From Thermodesulfobacteriota bacterium (GTDB lineage Bacteria; Desulfobacterota; Binatia; Bin18), in NCBI GenBank assembly GCA_964291405.2, contig OZ219926.1, positions 3,552,001 to 3,616,000 of the forward strand: DNA of 64,000 nt. The letters run 5' to 3'. Numbering within the stretch: position 1 is the first letter of the stretch; each line of letters opens with the position of its first letter. This document shows, piece by piece, positions 37,063 through 47,278 of the stretch. The translations under genes and the position numbers were made by a program. The notes under the pieces are model-generated. The model made no database searches. It was not told the DNA's origin and worked only from the letters and a program-made list of their open reading frames with translations.

Positions 37063-38064
37063 TTATTCGCTCGGTTCTGCTCGAATCGGTAGCGCCAGCG
37101 GACGGATTGGCGAACCGGTTGCGCCGCGCATTTTGATCGGCGCTGCGATAAAGGCGAATTCATACACTTGGTCCTTGGCCAAATCCTCCAGCCACAGCAA
37201 CTCAAGCAGACACACCCCCCGTTCGGTAAACAAGTAGACATGCACACTGTCTTTTGCCATCGGAAATTTTTCGACTCCCATATTATCCGCCCCAAGAATG
37301 ACCGCGCCGTTATCGACCAGCCAGGTGGCACTTTCTTTGGTAAGACCTGGGTCGTTATGTACGAACTTTTTGGGGTCAGGCCAGACCGTCATGCGTCCGG
37401 TGCGGATTAAAACGGCGTCGTTCTTCTGGAGACGGACGCCCTGCTTCTTCATCACTCGCTGAAGGTCTTCGACCGTAATCTCATATGAGGCAGGGAGCAT
37501 GTCCACGCCTTGCTCACCGGCCACGTCAATCAGAATCCCACGGGTAATAATGGGAGGGATGGCATCCGCTCCGGCCTTGGTCCAGCCCTTGTCGCTCAAA
37601 TAGGTCGAGGCGTCGTAGCCATTAAAAATTTTCTCGCCCCGTCCGAGATGATTCAACGCATCAATATGGGTGCCCGTATGAGCGGACAGGGTATAGGCAT
37701 CATCGTATAAGGCGAGGTTGGGCGGACCGCCGGCCGGGGCCAGTTGCTCGACCCGCATCCCGCGTGGCGTATGTGTCATCCACATATGAAACGGCGGGTC
37801 GCCCAACCCGAAGTCGGCCAGGCCGGGCATCCCCACGAAATTTGCAACGCTGAGGTCATACGTTTTGCCGCTGCTGACACGCTGTAAGACGGCCAGGGTA
37901 TTGGCCTCGGTTAATTCGTTCAGCACTCCAATCTCATCATCCGGGCCATACGGACTCTTGGCCACATCGTCGGCTTGAGCGATAGACCAGGTGAGGAAGA
38001 GGATGAACACACTCGATAAAGATCTTGCTTTAAGACAGATCCGACAGATCTTTTCTGCGCCCAT
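37063..38064 (-). CDS. Cyclase-family metal-dependent hydrolase (KynB-like) with signal peptide
   Basis: HTGTHIDALNH, TRGILID, IRTG, GADN and GATGSP.RP; signal ending AQA. Confidence 0.85.
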   Translation of the reverse strand: MGAEKICRICLKARSLSSVFILFLTWSIAQADDVAKSPYGPDDEIGVLNELTEANTLAVLQRVSSGKTYDLSVANFVGMPGLADFGLGDPPFHMWMTHTPRGMRVEQLAPAGGPPNLALYDDAYTLSAHTGTHIDALNHLGRGEKIFNGYDASTYLSDKGWTKAGADAIPPIITRGILIDVAGEQGVDMLPASYEITVEDLQRVMKKQGVRLQKNDAVLIRTGRMTVWPDPKKFVHNDPGLTKESATWLVDNGAVILGADNMGVEKFPMAKDSVHVYLFTERGVCLLELLWLEDLAKDQVYEFAFIAAPIKMRGATGSPIRPLALPIRAEPSE

Positions 38065-38143
38065 TTTTGTTCTCCTTTTGCTTCATATTGATGGGTTATG
38101 AGAGCGTATGGGAGTTCGTACGCCTCTACAACCAACGTTTTCC

Positions 38144-38173
38144 TTGACACTCAATACACGACAGAGCTAGGGT
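38144..38173 (+). promoter_or_regulatory. Putative sigma70 promoter of the Rieske-deacetylase-hydantoinase operon
   Basis: TTGACA-18 nt-TAGGGT. Confidence 0.5.
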
Positions 38174-38214
38174 CCGGCTCAGGGGACACCCATCCGGATC
38201 GAAAGGAGGACATT

Positions 38215-39423
38215 ATGCCCGGTGTGATAACTGGCGATGATTTGGGGGCGGCGCGACGACCGCTGTCCCAAGCCTCGATGCTCCCGCCTGCCTGTTACAC
38301 CTCGCCTGAATTTTATGCGCAAGAAGTCGAGCGAATTTTCTTGAAAGAATGGCTCTGTATCGGACGGACAGACCAGGTAGAGAAGCCGGGAGATTTTTTT
38401 ACACTGACGCTGCTGGGCGAGCGCCTAATTGTTGTCCGAGACGAGGACAACCAGGTTCGGGTGTTATCGAACGTCTGTCGGCATCGGGCCACTCAGGTGG
38501 TGGAAGGACACGGCAACCTCCGCCGGTTTGAGTGCCCCTACCACGGCTGGACCTACTCTCTGAAAGGTGAACTCATTGGCGCGCCCGAGATGCAACGCAC
38601 TGACAACTTTGACAAAGAACAGTGTCAATTAGCCTCGCCACGGGTCGAGACCTGGGAGGGGTTTATCTTTGTCAATTTTGATCAGCAGGCTGCGCCGCTT
38701 GGACCCAAGTTGGCTCCCCTCTCCGAGCGATTACAGCACTACCATCTGAGCGAGATGCAGACTGTCAAAACGTTAGTCTATGAGGGCAACTGGAATTGGA
38801 AGATCATGGTCGAGAACTATATGGAAGCCTACCACGTTCTTGGTCTGCATAAGGGACCGCACGATGTGATGCCAGTCCATTCCGTCCTTAATGCCTCGCA
38901 TCAGGCTTACAATATTACCAACGCGGCTTATAACGGCGCGTTTGGGATCATCTGGGGAGATTTCGCAACGCCGGGGGCAACGTTTTATTCACCGGGGGTG
39001 ACGGAAGCCGAACCTGGCAAGACCGAGTGGTTACCTTCTCCTTTCCCGTTGATTGAGAGTTTGTCTACCGAAGAGCGCCTGCGCGGAGACTTTATCAATA
39101 TCTATCCAACCCATCTCTTCACCCCGTTGCCGGATGGCATGTTTTATGGACAGATCCTGCCCCAAGCCGCTGACCGCATTACGTGGAGCCTGTCCCTGTG
39201 TTTCCCGCCAGAGACTTTAGAAATGCCCGACTTTGAGCAACACCTGGCACCCGCGATCGAGGGGATCGAGTTTATCAACTCACAGGACATGTGGGCGTGC
39301 GAGTCGGTTCAGCGGGGGTTGGTATCGCGTATGGCGCAGCCTGGACGCTACTGTCACCTCGAAGAATGTATCCATCAACTGGCGCAATACGTTATGGATA
39401 AAGTCCTGGACACACGAGCCTGA
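38215..39423 (+). CDS. Rieske ring-hydroxylating oxygenase alpha subunit (choline monooxygenase-like)
   Basis: NVCRHR...CPYHGW, NWK...[11 protein letters not shown] and D...CE.VQRG; RBS AAGGAGG. Confidence 0.92.
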   Translation: MPGVITGDDLGAARRPLSQASMLPPACYTSPEFYAQEVERIFLKEWLCIGRTDQVEKPGDFFTLTLLGERLIVVRDEDNQVRVLSNVCRHRATQVVEGHGNLRRFECPYHGWTYSLKGELIGAPEMQRTDNFDKEQCQLASPRVETWEGFIFVNFDQQAAPLGPKLAPLSERLQHYHLSEMQTVKTLVYEGNWNWKIMVENYMEAYHVLGLHKGPHDVMPVHSVLNASHQAYNITNAAYNGAFGIIWGDFATPGATFYSPGVTEAEPGKTEWLPSPFPLIESLSTEERLRGDFINIYPTHLFTPLPDGMFYGQILPQAADRITWSLSLCFPPETLEMPDFEQHLAPAIEGIEFINSQDMWACESVQRGLVSRMAQPGRYCHLEECIHQLAQYVMDKVLDTRA

Positions 39424-39448
39424 AACAGGCGCAGGAGAAGGAGAAGAT

Positions 39449-40330
39449 ATGGCCACAAAGGACATCAAGCTTGCCTATGGAATTGACGTGGACGCGGTCG
39501 GCGGCTGGCTGGGATCGTACGGTGGCGAAGACTCGCCGGACGATATTTCGCGCGGTCTGTTTGCCGGCGAAATCGGTGTACCGCGTTTGCTCAAGCTGTT
39601 TGAGAAGTACGGCATCAAGACAAGCTGGTTTATTCCTGGTCACTCGATCGAGACGTTTCCCGAGCAGACCCACATGATTGTTGAGGCCGGACACGAGATT
39701 GGGGCACACGGCTACTCCCACGAAAATCCGATTGCCATGACACCCCAGCAAGAGGAAGACGTGCTGGTCAAAACCATCGGCCTGATCGAGGAAAAGTCGG
39801 GCAACCGTCCGTCCGGTTATGTGGCCCCGTGGTGGGAGTTCTCGAACGTGACCAACGAACTCCTGCTCAAACACGGTTTCCACTATGACCACAGTCTGAT
39901 GCATAACGACTTCCATCCCTATTATGTCCGGGTCGGCGATACCTGGACCAATATCGACTACTCCAAACCGGCGGTAGAGTGGATGAAGCCGCTCATGCGC
40001 GGTGAGGAAACCGACCTGGTCGAGATTCCGGCCAATTGGTATCTCGACGACCTGCCGCCCATGATGTTCATCAAAAAATCGCCTAATAGCCACGGCTTTG
40101 TGAATCCCCGCGACATCGAACAAATGTGGCGTGATCAGTTCGACTGGATCTACCGCGAGTACGACTATGCCGTGTTCACCATGACCATCCATCCGGACGT
40201 GAGCGGTCGCCCGCAGGTGCTGATGATGCACGAGCGCCTGATTGAATATTTCAACAGTCACGCTGGTGTGAACTGGGCCACGTTTTCGGAGATCGCAGCG
40301 GACTTCGCCCACCGGCAACCGCGTCACTAG
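39449..40330 (+). CDS. CE4 polysaccharide-deacetylase family (HpPgdA/PuuE-like)
   Basis: [39 protein letters not shown] and [10 protein letters not shown]. Confidence 0.92.
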   Translation: MATKDIKLAYGIDVDAVGGWLGSYGGEDSPDDISRGLFAGEIGVPRLLKLFEKYGIKTSWFIPGHSIETFPEQTHMIVEAGHEIGAHGYSHENPIAMTPQQEEDVLVKTIGLIEEKSGNRPSGYVAPWWEFSNVTNELLLKHGFHYDHSLMHNDFHPYYVRVGDTWTNIDYSKPAVEWMKPLMRGEETDLVEIPANWYLDDLPPMMFIKKSPNSHGFVNPRDIEQMWRDQFDWIYREYDYAVFTMTIHPDVSGRPQVLMMHERLIEYFNSHAGVNWATFSEIAADFAHRQPRH

Positions 40331-40345
40331 TGCATTGGAGGAAGT

Positions 40346-41371
40346 ATGCAGTTTGCAAAGCTTGGTAACACTGGAATAACCGTGTCGCGGCTGTGTCTCG
40401 GCTGTATGAGCTATGGCGGCGGTCCGCAGCCCGACTGGGCGATGCCGCGCGACTGGGCCCTGGGTCAGAACGACGCGCGTGAGCATTTCGTCGTGGCCCT
40501 AGAAGCCGGTGTAAACTTCTTCGATACCGCCGATGTCTACTCGATTGGCCTGAGTGAGGAGATCACCGGACACTGGCTGGGGGAGATGGCCTCACGCGAT
40601 GATATTGTCGTTGCCACCAAAGTATGGGGCAAGATGGGGCCCGGGCCAAACCGTGGCGGGCTGAGTCGTAAGCATATTATTGAGGCGTGCGAGCATTCTC
40701 TGCGTCGTCTCAAGATGGATTATATCGACCTGTATCAGATCCACCGCTGGGATTTTTCCACTCCGATTGAAGAAACCCTGGAAGCCCTGGATTACCTCGT
40801 GCGCAGCGGCAAGGTGCGCTATTTGGGCGCGAGTAGCATGGCGGCCTGGCAGTTTTCCAAGGCTCTCTATGAAGCCAAGGAACAGGGCTGGCACCGTTTC
40901 GTGACCATGCAGAACCACTACAATCTGATCTATCGTGAGGAAGAGCGGGAGATGAATCCGTTGTGTATCGACCGGGGTGTGGCGCTCATTCCGTGGAGTC
41001 CGCTGGCCCGAGGCTTCTTCGCCGGCAACCGTCAGCCCGAAGGCGGCACGGCACTGACCAAGCGTGCAGAAACCGATGCGTTTGCCCATAGGAATTATTT
41101 TCGTGAGAACGATTTCGTTGTTGCCGCGACAGTGGAAAAGGTCGCCGAACAGCGGGGTGTCACACCGACCCAGATTGCCTGTGCCTGGATACTCCAGGCG
41201 CCGGGCGTCACAGCGCCCATAATCGGAGCCACGCAGATTCATCATCTGGAAGAGCTCTTTGCCGCTGTTGATATAGAACTGAGCGATGAGGAAGTCGCGA
41301 CGCTCGAAGCGCCGTATCAGCCCCATCCCATCCTGGGGCATGAGCAGCCAAGCCCGGCCAAGATGGTGTAA
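40346..41371 (+). CDS. Aldo/keto reductase
   Basis: LCLGCMSYG, FFDTADVY, SLRRL.MDYIDLYQIHR and PWSPLARG. Confidence 0.93.
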   Translation: MQFAKLGNTGITVSRLCLGCMSYGGGPQPDWAMPRDWALGQNDAREHFVVALEAGVNFFDTADVYSIGLSEEITGHWLGEMASRDDIVVATKVWGKMGPGPNRGGLSRKHIIEACEHSLRRLKMDYIDLYQIHRWDFSTPIEETLEALDYLVRSGKVRYLGASSMAAWQFSKALYEAKEQGWHRFVTMQNHYNLIYREEEREMNPLCIDRGVALIPWSPLARGFFAGNRQPEGGTALTKRAETDAFAHRNYFRENDFVVAATVEKVAEQRGVTPTQIACAWILQAPGVTAPIIGATQIHHLEELFAAVDIELSDEEVATLEAPYQPHPILGHEQPSPAKMV

Positions 41372-41382
41372 GGAGGTGGCCC

Positions 41383-42315
41383 GTGCAACTTGTCGATAAA
41401 GATGTGCCCGGTCCGAAGCGTGACTTTGTCGGCTATGGCCGACGGCCGCCGCAGGTGGTCTGGCCGCATAACGCCAAGGTCGCGGTGAATCTTGTGGTGA
41501 ATTATGAAGAGGGCTCCGAGTATGCAAAACCGGCTGGCGACGAGCGCAACGAAGGGCTGGCCGAGATCAGCTATACGCTCGATAAAAAATATCGGGACCT
41601 CGCGACCGAGTCCGTCTACGAATACGGCAGCCGGGCCGGAATCTGGCGACTCATGCGCCTCTTCGACGAATATAAAATTCAGGTGACGTTTTTTGCCTGC
41701 GCGGTTGCCCTGGAGCGGAATCCCGAAGTGGGCGAGTGGATCGCCGAGAGTGGCCACGAGCCATGTTCCCACGGCTGGCGCTGGAGCGAGCACTGGCGAC
41801 TGAGTCGGGAAGAAGAGCAACAGCATATGCAGTGGGCTATCGAGTCGATTCAGAAGACGTGCGGCGAGCGCCCGCTGGGCTGGTACTGTCGTTACGGGCC
41901 GAGCGTGAACACGCGTGAGCTTATTGTCGCCGAAGGCGGCTTTGCGTATGACGCGGACGCCTATAATGACGACCTGCCGTACTTCACCCAAGTCGGAGAC
42001 ACCCGACATCTGATTGTGCCGTACTCCTTCACCTATAACGACGCGCGCTATGTCCTGCCCCAGGGCTATGGCAGCCCGGCGGATTTCTTTGAGTCGTGTA
42101 AGCGCGGCCTGGACGAGCTCCGGGCCGAGGGTGAGGCCGGCTATCCCAAGATGATGTCCATCGGACTCCACCCGCGTATCGCCGGCCAGGCCGGTCGGAC
42201 GTCGGGACTGCGCGAGTTTATCGAGTATGCGCAGGCTAAAGGTGATGTGTGGTTTACGCGGCGCATCGACATTGCGCGCTGGTGGCTCGAACATCACCAA
42301 GAGTTTCAGCGCTAA
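41383..42315 (+). CDS. PuuE allantoinase-like CE4 hydrolase
   Basis: RDFVGYG, NYEEG, ES.YEYGSRAG.WR, HGWRW and MMSIGLH.R; GTG start with AAGGAGG. Confidence 0.9.
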   Translation: MQLVDKDVPGPKRDFVGYGRRPPQVVWPHNAKVAVNLVVNYEEGSEYAKPAGDERNEGLAEISYTLDKKYRDLATESVYEYGSRAGIWRLMRLFDEYKIQVTFFACAVALERNPEVGEWIAESGHEPCSHGWRWSEHWRLSREEEQQHMQWAIESIQKTCGERPLGWYCRYGPSVNTRELIVAEGGFAYDADAYNDDLPYFTQVGDTRHLIVPYSFTYNDARYVLPQGYGSPADFFESCKRGLDELRAEGEAGYPKMMSIGLHPRIAGQAGRTSGLREFIEYAQAKGDVWFTRRIDIARWWLEHHQEFQR

Positions 42316-42326
42316 GGAGGGATCGA

Positions 42327-42821
42327 ATGGACAACGAATGGATGGAAAAACTGGCGATCCAGGAACTCTTTGCTCGCTATGCCCACGCTATTGACGACCT
42401 CGATCCGGAAGCCTGGGTCGAATGCTTCACGCCGGACGGAGTGTTTCAGGTTGGCACGCGCGCCATGCGTGGCCAGACGGCCCTGCGTGGCTATGCCGAT
42501 GTTCATATCGAAGAAATTCGCTGTCGGCACATGATGGCCAACTTTCTCTATGAGGTAAACGGAGACGAAGCTACAGGCCAGTGCAGTATGCTGGCAACGC
42601 TGGCGACCGCTGGTGGATATAAGATATTCGCCCAGGGCCGTTATGTTGACCGCCTGGTCAAGCACGAGGGCGCATGGCGTATTGCACATAGAAAAGTCGA
42701 GACCGACCAGCTTGCTTCCAATCCTACCGGGATTACAAGCATTGCCGATCCCGACGTTGCCGCATTGGTCCAACCGTTGGTGGACGCGGCCCGAAAGCTG
42801 GGAGACCGGGTACAGGTGTAA
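42327..42821 (+). CDS. SnoaL-like/NTF2 family protein
   Basis: IQELFARYAHAID, FTPDG and GRYVDRLVK.EG.WRI..R. Confidence 0.88.
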   Translation: MDNEWMEKLAIQELFARYAHAIDDLDPEAWVECFTPDGVFQVGTRAMRGQTALRGYADVHIEEIRCRHMMANFLYEVNGDEATGQCSMLATLATAGGYKIFAQGRYVDRLVKHEGAWRIAHRKVETDQLASNPTGITSIADPDVAALVQPLVDAARKLGDRVQV

Positions 42822-42845
42822 ACACCATCTTCAAAGGAGGGCGGT

Positions 42846-44213
42846 ATGGATCTCGTGATTCGGAACGGCACGGTTGTGACGGCGAGTGATATTGCACAGG
42901 CCGATGTGGGCATTGAAGGCGGTCAGATCAAACACATCGGTCAAGGGTTAGGACCGGCAGCAAAGGAAATTGATGCAAGTGGAAAATATCTCTTCCCCGG
43001 TGGCGTTGATGTCCACACCCATGTGGATATCGAACTTATGGGCTACCGCTCGGTTGATGATTTTTACTCCGGGAGCGTGGCTGCGGCGTGTGGCGGTGTG
43101 ACCACCATCGTCGATTATGCCTTGCCCGAACCTGGCCAGTCGATTCAGGGCAGCGTCGAAGCCTGGGAAGAGAAAGCCGGGGATAAATCCATTATCGACT
43201 ACGGCATCCACCCGGTCATCCTGGAGCCGACCCCGCAGATTATTGATGAAATGGCCGACGCAATTGCTGAAGGTCATACCAGCTTCAAGCTGTTCATGAT
43301 CGGCATGGCCCGTTTCGACGAGCTGGCGGCCGACTACCTCAAGGTTATGGCCCAGGCCGGTAAGCATGGGGCGCTTACGAATGTTCATGCCGAAGATCAA
43401 TGTTTAATCGGCTATCTGTGCGAACAAATGACGGCCGAAGGCAAGCTGGGACCCAAGCATTTCCCCGACTCGCGGCCGCGCGAGGCCGAGGGCCTGGCGG
43501 TGCAGCGCGCCATCAGTATGGCCAAATACGCCGAGGCGCCCATCTATTTGGTCCATCTATCGTGTGAGGAAGCCCTGGCTCCGATTCGTCAGGCCCGTGC
43601 CCACGGTCAGATCATCTACGGTGAAACACGGCCGCTCTATCTGCATCTCTCGCGCGAACGCTTTGAAGAGCCGGACGCCGAACGCTATGTTGGCTGGCCG
43701 CCCCTCCGTGAGGCGTCCCAGATGCAGGTCATGTGGGACGGCTTGCGCAGCGATAATCTGCAAACCGTGGCCACCGACCACTGCGGCTGGAACCTGGCTC
43801 AGAAAAAAGCGGGTAAGACCGTAGACGAATTGCTACCCGGCATGTCCAACCTCGAAACCCTGATCCCGATGCTCTACTCCGAAGGGGTCGGTCAAGGGAA
43901 ACTGTCGCTCAACCGCTTCGTCGAAGTGAGTGCTACCAACCCGGCCAAGCTATTTGGTCTCTATCCCCAGAAAGGTACGATCGCGGTGGGGTCGGACGCC
44001 GACATTATGATTTTTGATACAAAGAAAGATGTCACCATCCGTCATCGCAATATGCACTCGCGGGCCGACTATGAGCTGTATGAAGGCTTTCAGGTGACGG
44101 GCTGGCCAACGCATACCCTCTCGCGGGGGGAGGTGATTGTGGAAAACGGGACGGTGTTAGGCAACGCGGGCAGGGGGCAACTGCTGAAAAGGAAACGCTT
44201 TGCGCCGTTGTAG
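42846..44213 (+). CDS. hydA: Dihydropyrimidinase / D-hydantoinase
   Basis: PGGVDVHTH, GGVTT, SFKLF (carboxylated Lys), VHAE, TDHC and NPAKLFGLYPQKG. Confidence 0.9.
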   Translation: MDLVIRNGTVVTASDIAQADVGIEGGQIKHIGQGLGPAAKEIDASGKYLFPGGVDVHTHVDIELMGYRSVDDFYSGSVAAACGGVTTIVDYALPEPGQSIQGSVEAWEEKAGDKSIIDYGIHPVILEPTPQIIDEMADAIAEGHTSFKLFMIGMARFDELAADYLKVMAQAGKHGALTNVHAEDQCLIGYLCEQMTAEGKLGPKHFPDSRPREAEGLAVQRAISMAKYAEAPIYLVHLSCEEALAPIRQARAHGQIIYGETRPLYLHLSRERFEEPDAERYVGWPPLREASQMQVMWDGLRSDNLQTVATDHCGWNLAQKKAGKTVDELLPGMSNLETLIPMLYSEGVGQGKLSLNRFVEVSATNPAKLFGLYPQKGTIAVGSDADIMIFDTKKDVTIRHRNMHSRADYELYEGFQVTGWPTHTLSRGEVIVENGTVLGNAGRGQLLKRKRFAPL

Positions 44214-44309
44214 GAAAGGAACGCCTCGCGGATTTTGTGACTACGGTGTATGGGCGGCTCTTACAATGTAAACGGGGGCGGCGGATGGTTGCGTCTTGGC
44301 TTGCCCCGT

Positions 44310-44336
44310 CCCCCTCTCCCGACAGGGGAGAGAGGG
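44310..44336. repeat. CCCTCTCCC...GGGAGAG palindromic intergenic element
   Basis: Hairpin CCCCTCTCCC-GACAG-GGGAGAGAGGG between convergent genes, next to a second GC hairpin (~44271-44309). Confidence 0.45.
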
Positions 44337-44346
44337 TAGGCAGTTA

Positions 44347-45861
44347 CTACTTTGCCACTTGGCCCTCGGCCCGACCGTTCACGCTGACCTCGGCGCCCCC
44401 CTGAGCCAAGACCGCGGCAGCGGTATCTTCCACCACCGTGCCTTTGAAAAAGTCCGGATTTGTTCCACCCAAGAACCGAATCGGATTGTCGCAGGTGAAA
44501 TCGCGAAAGTTTCCCGGCGTCATCAGTCCGTCCTCAACGAACTCATACGTTTCGGGCAGGACATGGGCCATGTTCGGAACATCGAAATGACCGATGTCGG
44601 AACCGAACAGGGCGTGCAACTGCGCGCCAAACGGATTGTTCTTGCGGTTGAACGCCAGGGTATTCATCCGATCATCCGCCTCGCAGCCGAAGTAAAAGTT
44701 CGTGGTGAACAAGTCCTTGATATCCTCGGCCTTGGTGATGCCGCAGGCCGAGTAGTCATCCAGATTTTCAATACCTCCGGTATCGACCGAACCCTTGGGC
44801 GGCATGGCGGTATCAAGGGCGGCTTCCCGCCGGCGCAGCGCCTCGACAATAGTAGAGTTGCCGTACTGCTCGGCGAGTTCACGAAACAGTGTATGGTCGA
44901 GGTTGGCCGGATCAACTGCGGCCAGGGCATCGAGATTGCGCTTTTCCCAGTGCTCGATCAGATCGACGTAGAGCTGACACGCCCAGCCGACCCCGCCTTC
45001 GAGAAAGGCAAATTTGAGCTCTGGGAAGCGTCGCGTCACGCCACCTAAGAACAGCGCCTTGCACACCGCCTCGTTGGCGGCCGCGAAATGACCAATGTGG
45101 TTATAGGTGAAATTGCTCGGCGACATGCGCATGGCAAACCCGCGTCCGCCGGAATGAAAAGACGGGGCGACTTTGAGCTCAGCGCATTTGGCCCAGACCG
45201 GGTCATAGTTATAGTCACTGTCCAGACCCAGGACGTCCCGATACGCAACGAATTTCGCCGCATCGGGGTGAACCTCAAGCGCGGCCGGAACATCGCGCCG
45301 GATCAGACTGCCTAACATGACGACCTTCAAGCCGAGCTGCTTGACCGCGTATTCCAGCTCGGCAACCGCCTCGTCCGGGGTGTGCATGGGAATCACCCCC
45401 GCGGGCGTTAGCCGATCCGCGTATTTACCAAAATACTCGGCGCTAAAGGTATTGAACGCGCGACAGGCCGCTTGACGCTGCTCTGCATCAGGAATCAGCG
45501 GCAGGCCGAGACCGGCCGTGGGATACATCACGCTGAAGTCGAAGCCAAATTCGTCAAGCCGTTCATACAAGAGTTGCGGCATGACCGCAGTGGCCCGGTC
45601 GCGCGTGTTCTTGGTCGGCAGCGCCCAGAACGCCTGCTGGCCGACCCCATTCGCCCGGCGTTCGGCCACGGACATGGCGAGCTCCTTTTGCACCAGCTTG
45701 GGGAAAAAAGAGAATCCTTCGACGGCTTTATCGCCACCGATTTTTCGCATTTCCTCTCTGACCAAGGGGCCGAATTCCAGCCAGTGTCCATCTGCGTCGA
45801 TGATCGGATGATGCAACCGGGCGCGTACCTCTGACGTTGTTGCGTGTCCGTTACTGCTCAT
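44347..45861 (-). CDS. Amidohydrolase 2 family protein (long form)
   Basis: IIDADGH..E, FLEGGVGW, GCEADD and FGSDIGHFD; AAGGAGG before ATG 45861. Confidence 0.88.
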   Translation of the reverse strand: MSSNGHATTSEVRARLHHPIIDADGHWLEFGPLVREEMRKIGGDKAVEGFSFFPKLVQKELAMSVAERRANGVGQQAFWALPTKNTRDRATAVMPQLLYERLDEFGFDFSVMYPTAGLGLPLIPDAEQRQAACRAFNTFSAEYFGKYADRLTPAGVIPMHTPDEAVAELEYAVKQLGLKVVMLGSLIRRDVPAALEVHPDAAKFVAYRDVLGLDSDYNYDPVWAKCAELKVAPSFHSGGRGFAMRMSPSNFTYNHIGHFAAANEAVCKALFLGGVTRRFPELKFAFLEGGVGWACQLYVDLIEHWEKRNLDALAAVDPANLDHTLFRELAEQYGNSTIVEALRRREAALDTAMPPKGSVDTGGIENLDDYSACGITKAEDIKDLFTTNFYFGCEADDRMNTLAFNRKNNPFGAQLHALFGSDIGHFDVPNMAHVLPETYEFVEDGLMTPGNFRDFTCDNPIRFLGGTNPDFFKGTVVEDTAAAVLAQGGAEVSVNGRAEGQVAK

Positions 45862-45988
45862 TTTTCCCTCCTTAGCCGACTTTGTGCTCTCTGATAGACC
45901 GCCGGGCGGCCGTCCGGCTGGATATGAGGACAATAGAAAGTTTCTTGATGCTTTTCAATGCATAGTTTGCGCGTCTCCCTCCGACGTC

Positions 45989-47179
45989 TCAGCCACCAGA
46001 GACATACTCGTCAATTACCTTATGGGAGTGCCGGACCAGCACTTCCTCGTCGTTCAAATTGAAGTGTGTTCTGATTCCAGTCGCGAGCATGGACTGGGTG
46101 GCTTCAAGCGTGCTGCCATCCTCCAAAAGTGTGTCACGCAATACACATCTGCTGACTTCCTGGCTGAAGCGCTGTCCGGCCCGTGTTGTGGGCGGGCAGT
46201 ATAAACAGGCTTCCCAGAGGGTGCGGTTGGCCGTGAGCGGCCAGAAATGATGCGTGACATACGTCCCGGCAGAGACATCGACTGAAAAGTTGGGAAAGAT
46301 CACATTCAGATCAAACGCCCACTGCGGGCTGCGGGTCGGATTGACACCGAGCGGGAGCTGGTCTTCCGCAATACGGCCTTGGGTGACGACCGAGCCAAAG
46401 CGATAGGCAAGGGATTCGACGGGCGAGGGCTGATGGCTGGGGTTGCCATACAGAGACATCATCCGATGGCGAGGATAGAGTTTGATGGTCAAGGCGTGAC
46501 TAAACGGATTCTCCGGTCCGGAAAAGGTATCACCGATGGTTCGCCGGTGGAGGACCGGAACGTGGTAGATCTCCTGAAATGCATCCAGGGCGACTTTCCA
46601 GTTGCAGTTGACTTGAGTGGCGTACCGATAGCAGGTTGACATGTAATGAAAGGGGTAGCCCCGTAGCTGCCGGCCAAACTCGCCCAGAAATTCGTCCAGC
46701 GTTTCGCGTGGGTGCGGATCAATATGGACGAAGAGAAATCCCTCCCAGATATCGAGTGTCACCGGCGTGAGACCCAGCCTGTCTTTATCAAGATCAAAAA
46801 ATCTGTCCTCGTCCGGCACAAATCTGAGCTGTCCATCCAGACCGTAGGACCAGCCGTGGAATTTACACGTCACCATCTGGCAGGTGCCTTGAGTGTCCCA
46901 GGCAAGCTTATTACCGCGATGGGAACACATATTGTGAAAGGCGCGAATCCGGTCGTCTTTGCTCCGCACGATAAGGATGGACGTATGACAAATGGCCAGC
47001 TCTTTGACGAAATAATCGCCAACGTTGGGGACGTCCTCTACGCGTCCAATATTCAGCCACACCCGACGAAACAGGTGTCCCTGCTCCTGCTCAAAATAGG
47101 TTGACGAGACACACGGCTCGATCGGGACGGGTTGCCTGCCGAGTGCGGCAGGGGTGTGTCGCGTGTGCTGCTCCTGCAT
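45989..47179 (-). CDS. Rieske ring-hydroxylating oxygenase alpha subunit
   Basis: HNMCSHRG...CKFHGW, NWK..LDAFQE.YHV..LH and ED; RBS GAGGAG. Confidence 0.92.
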   Translation of the reverse strand: MQEQHTRHTPAALGRQPVPIEPCVSSTYFEQEQGHLFRRVWLNIGRVEDVPNVGDYFVKELAICHTSILIVRSKDDRIRAFHNMCSHRGNKLAWDTQGTCQMVTCKFHGWSYGLDGQLRFVPDEDRFFDLDKDRLGLTPVTLDIWEGFLFVHIDPHPRETLDEFLGEFGRQLRGYPFHYMSTCYRYATQVNCNWKVALDAFQEIYHVPVLHRRTIGDTFSGPENPFSHALTIKLYPRHRMMSLYGNPSHQPSPVESLAYRFGSVVTQGRIAEDQLPLGVNPTRSPQWAFDLNVIFPNFSVDVSAGTYVTHHFWPLTANRTLWEACLYCPPTTRAGQRFSQEVSRCVLRDTLLEDGSTLEATQSMLATGIRTHFNLNDEEVLVRHSHKVIDEYVSGG

Positions 47180-47278
47180 GCTTCTCCTCAATCCTCTCCT
47201 CAATTAACTCCGCACCAACTCCTGCTGACAACTCGGCTGCGTCGTTCCCTCCTTCTTCGTTACGGTCGTGCCCTGTTG

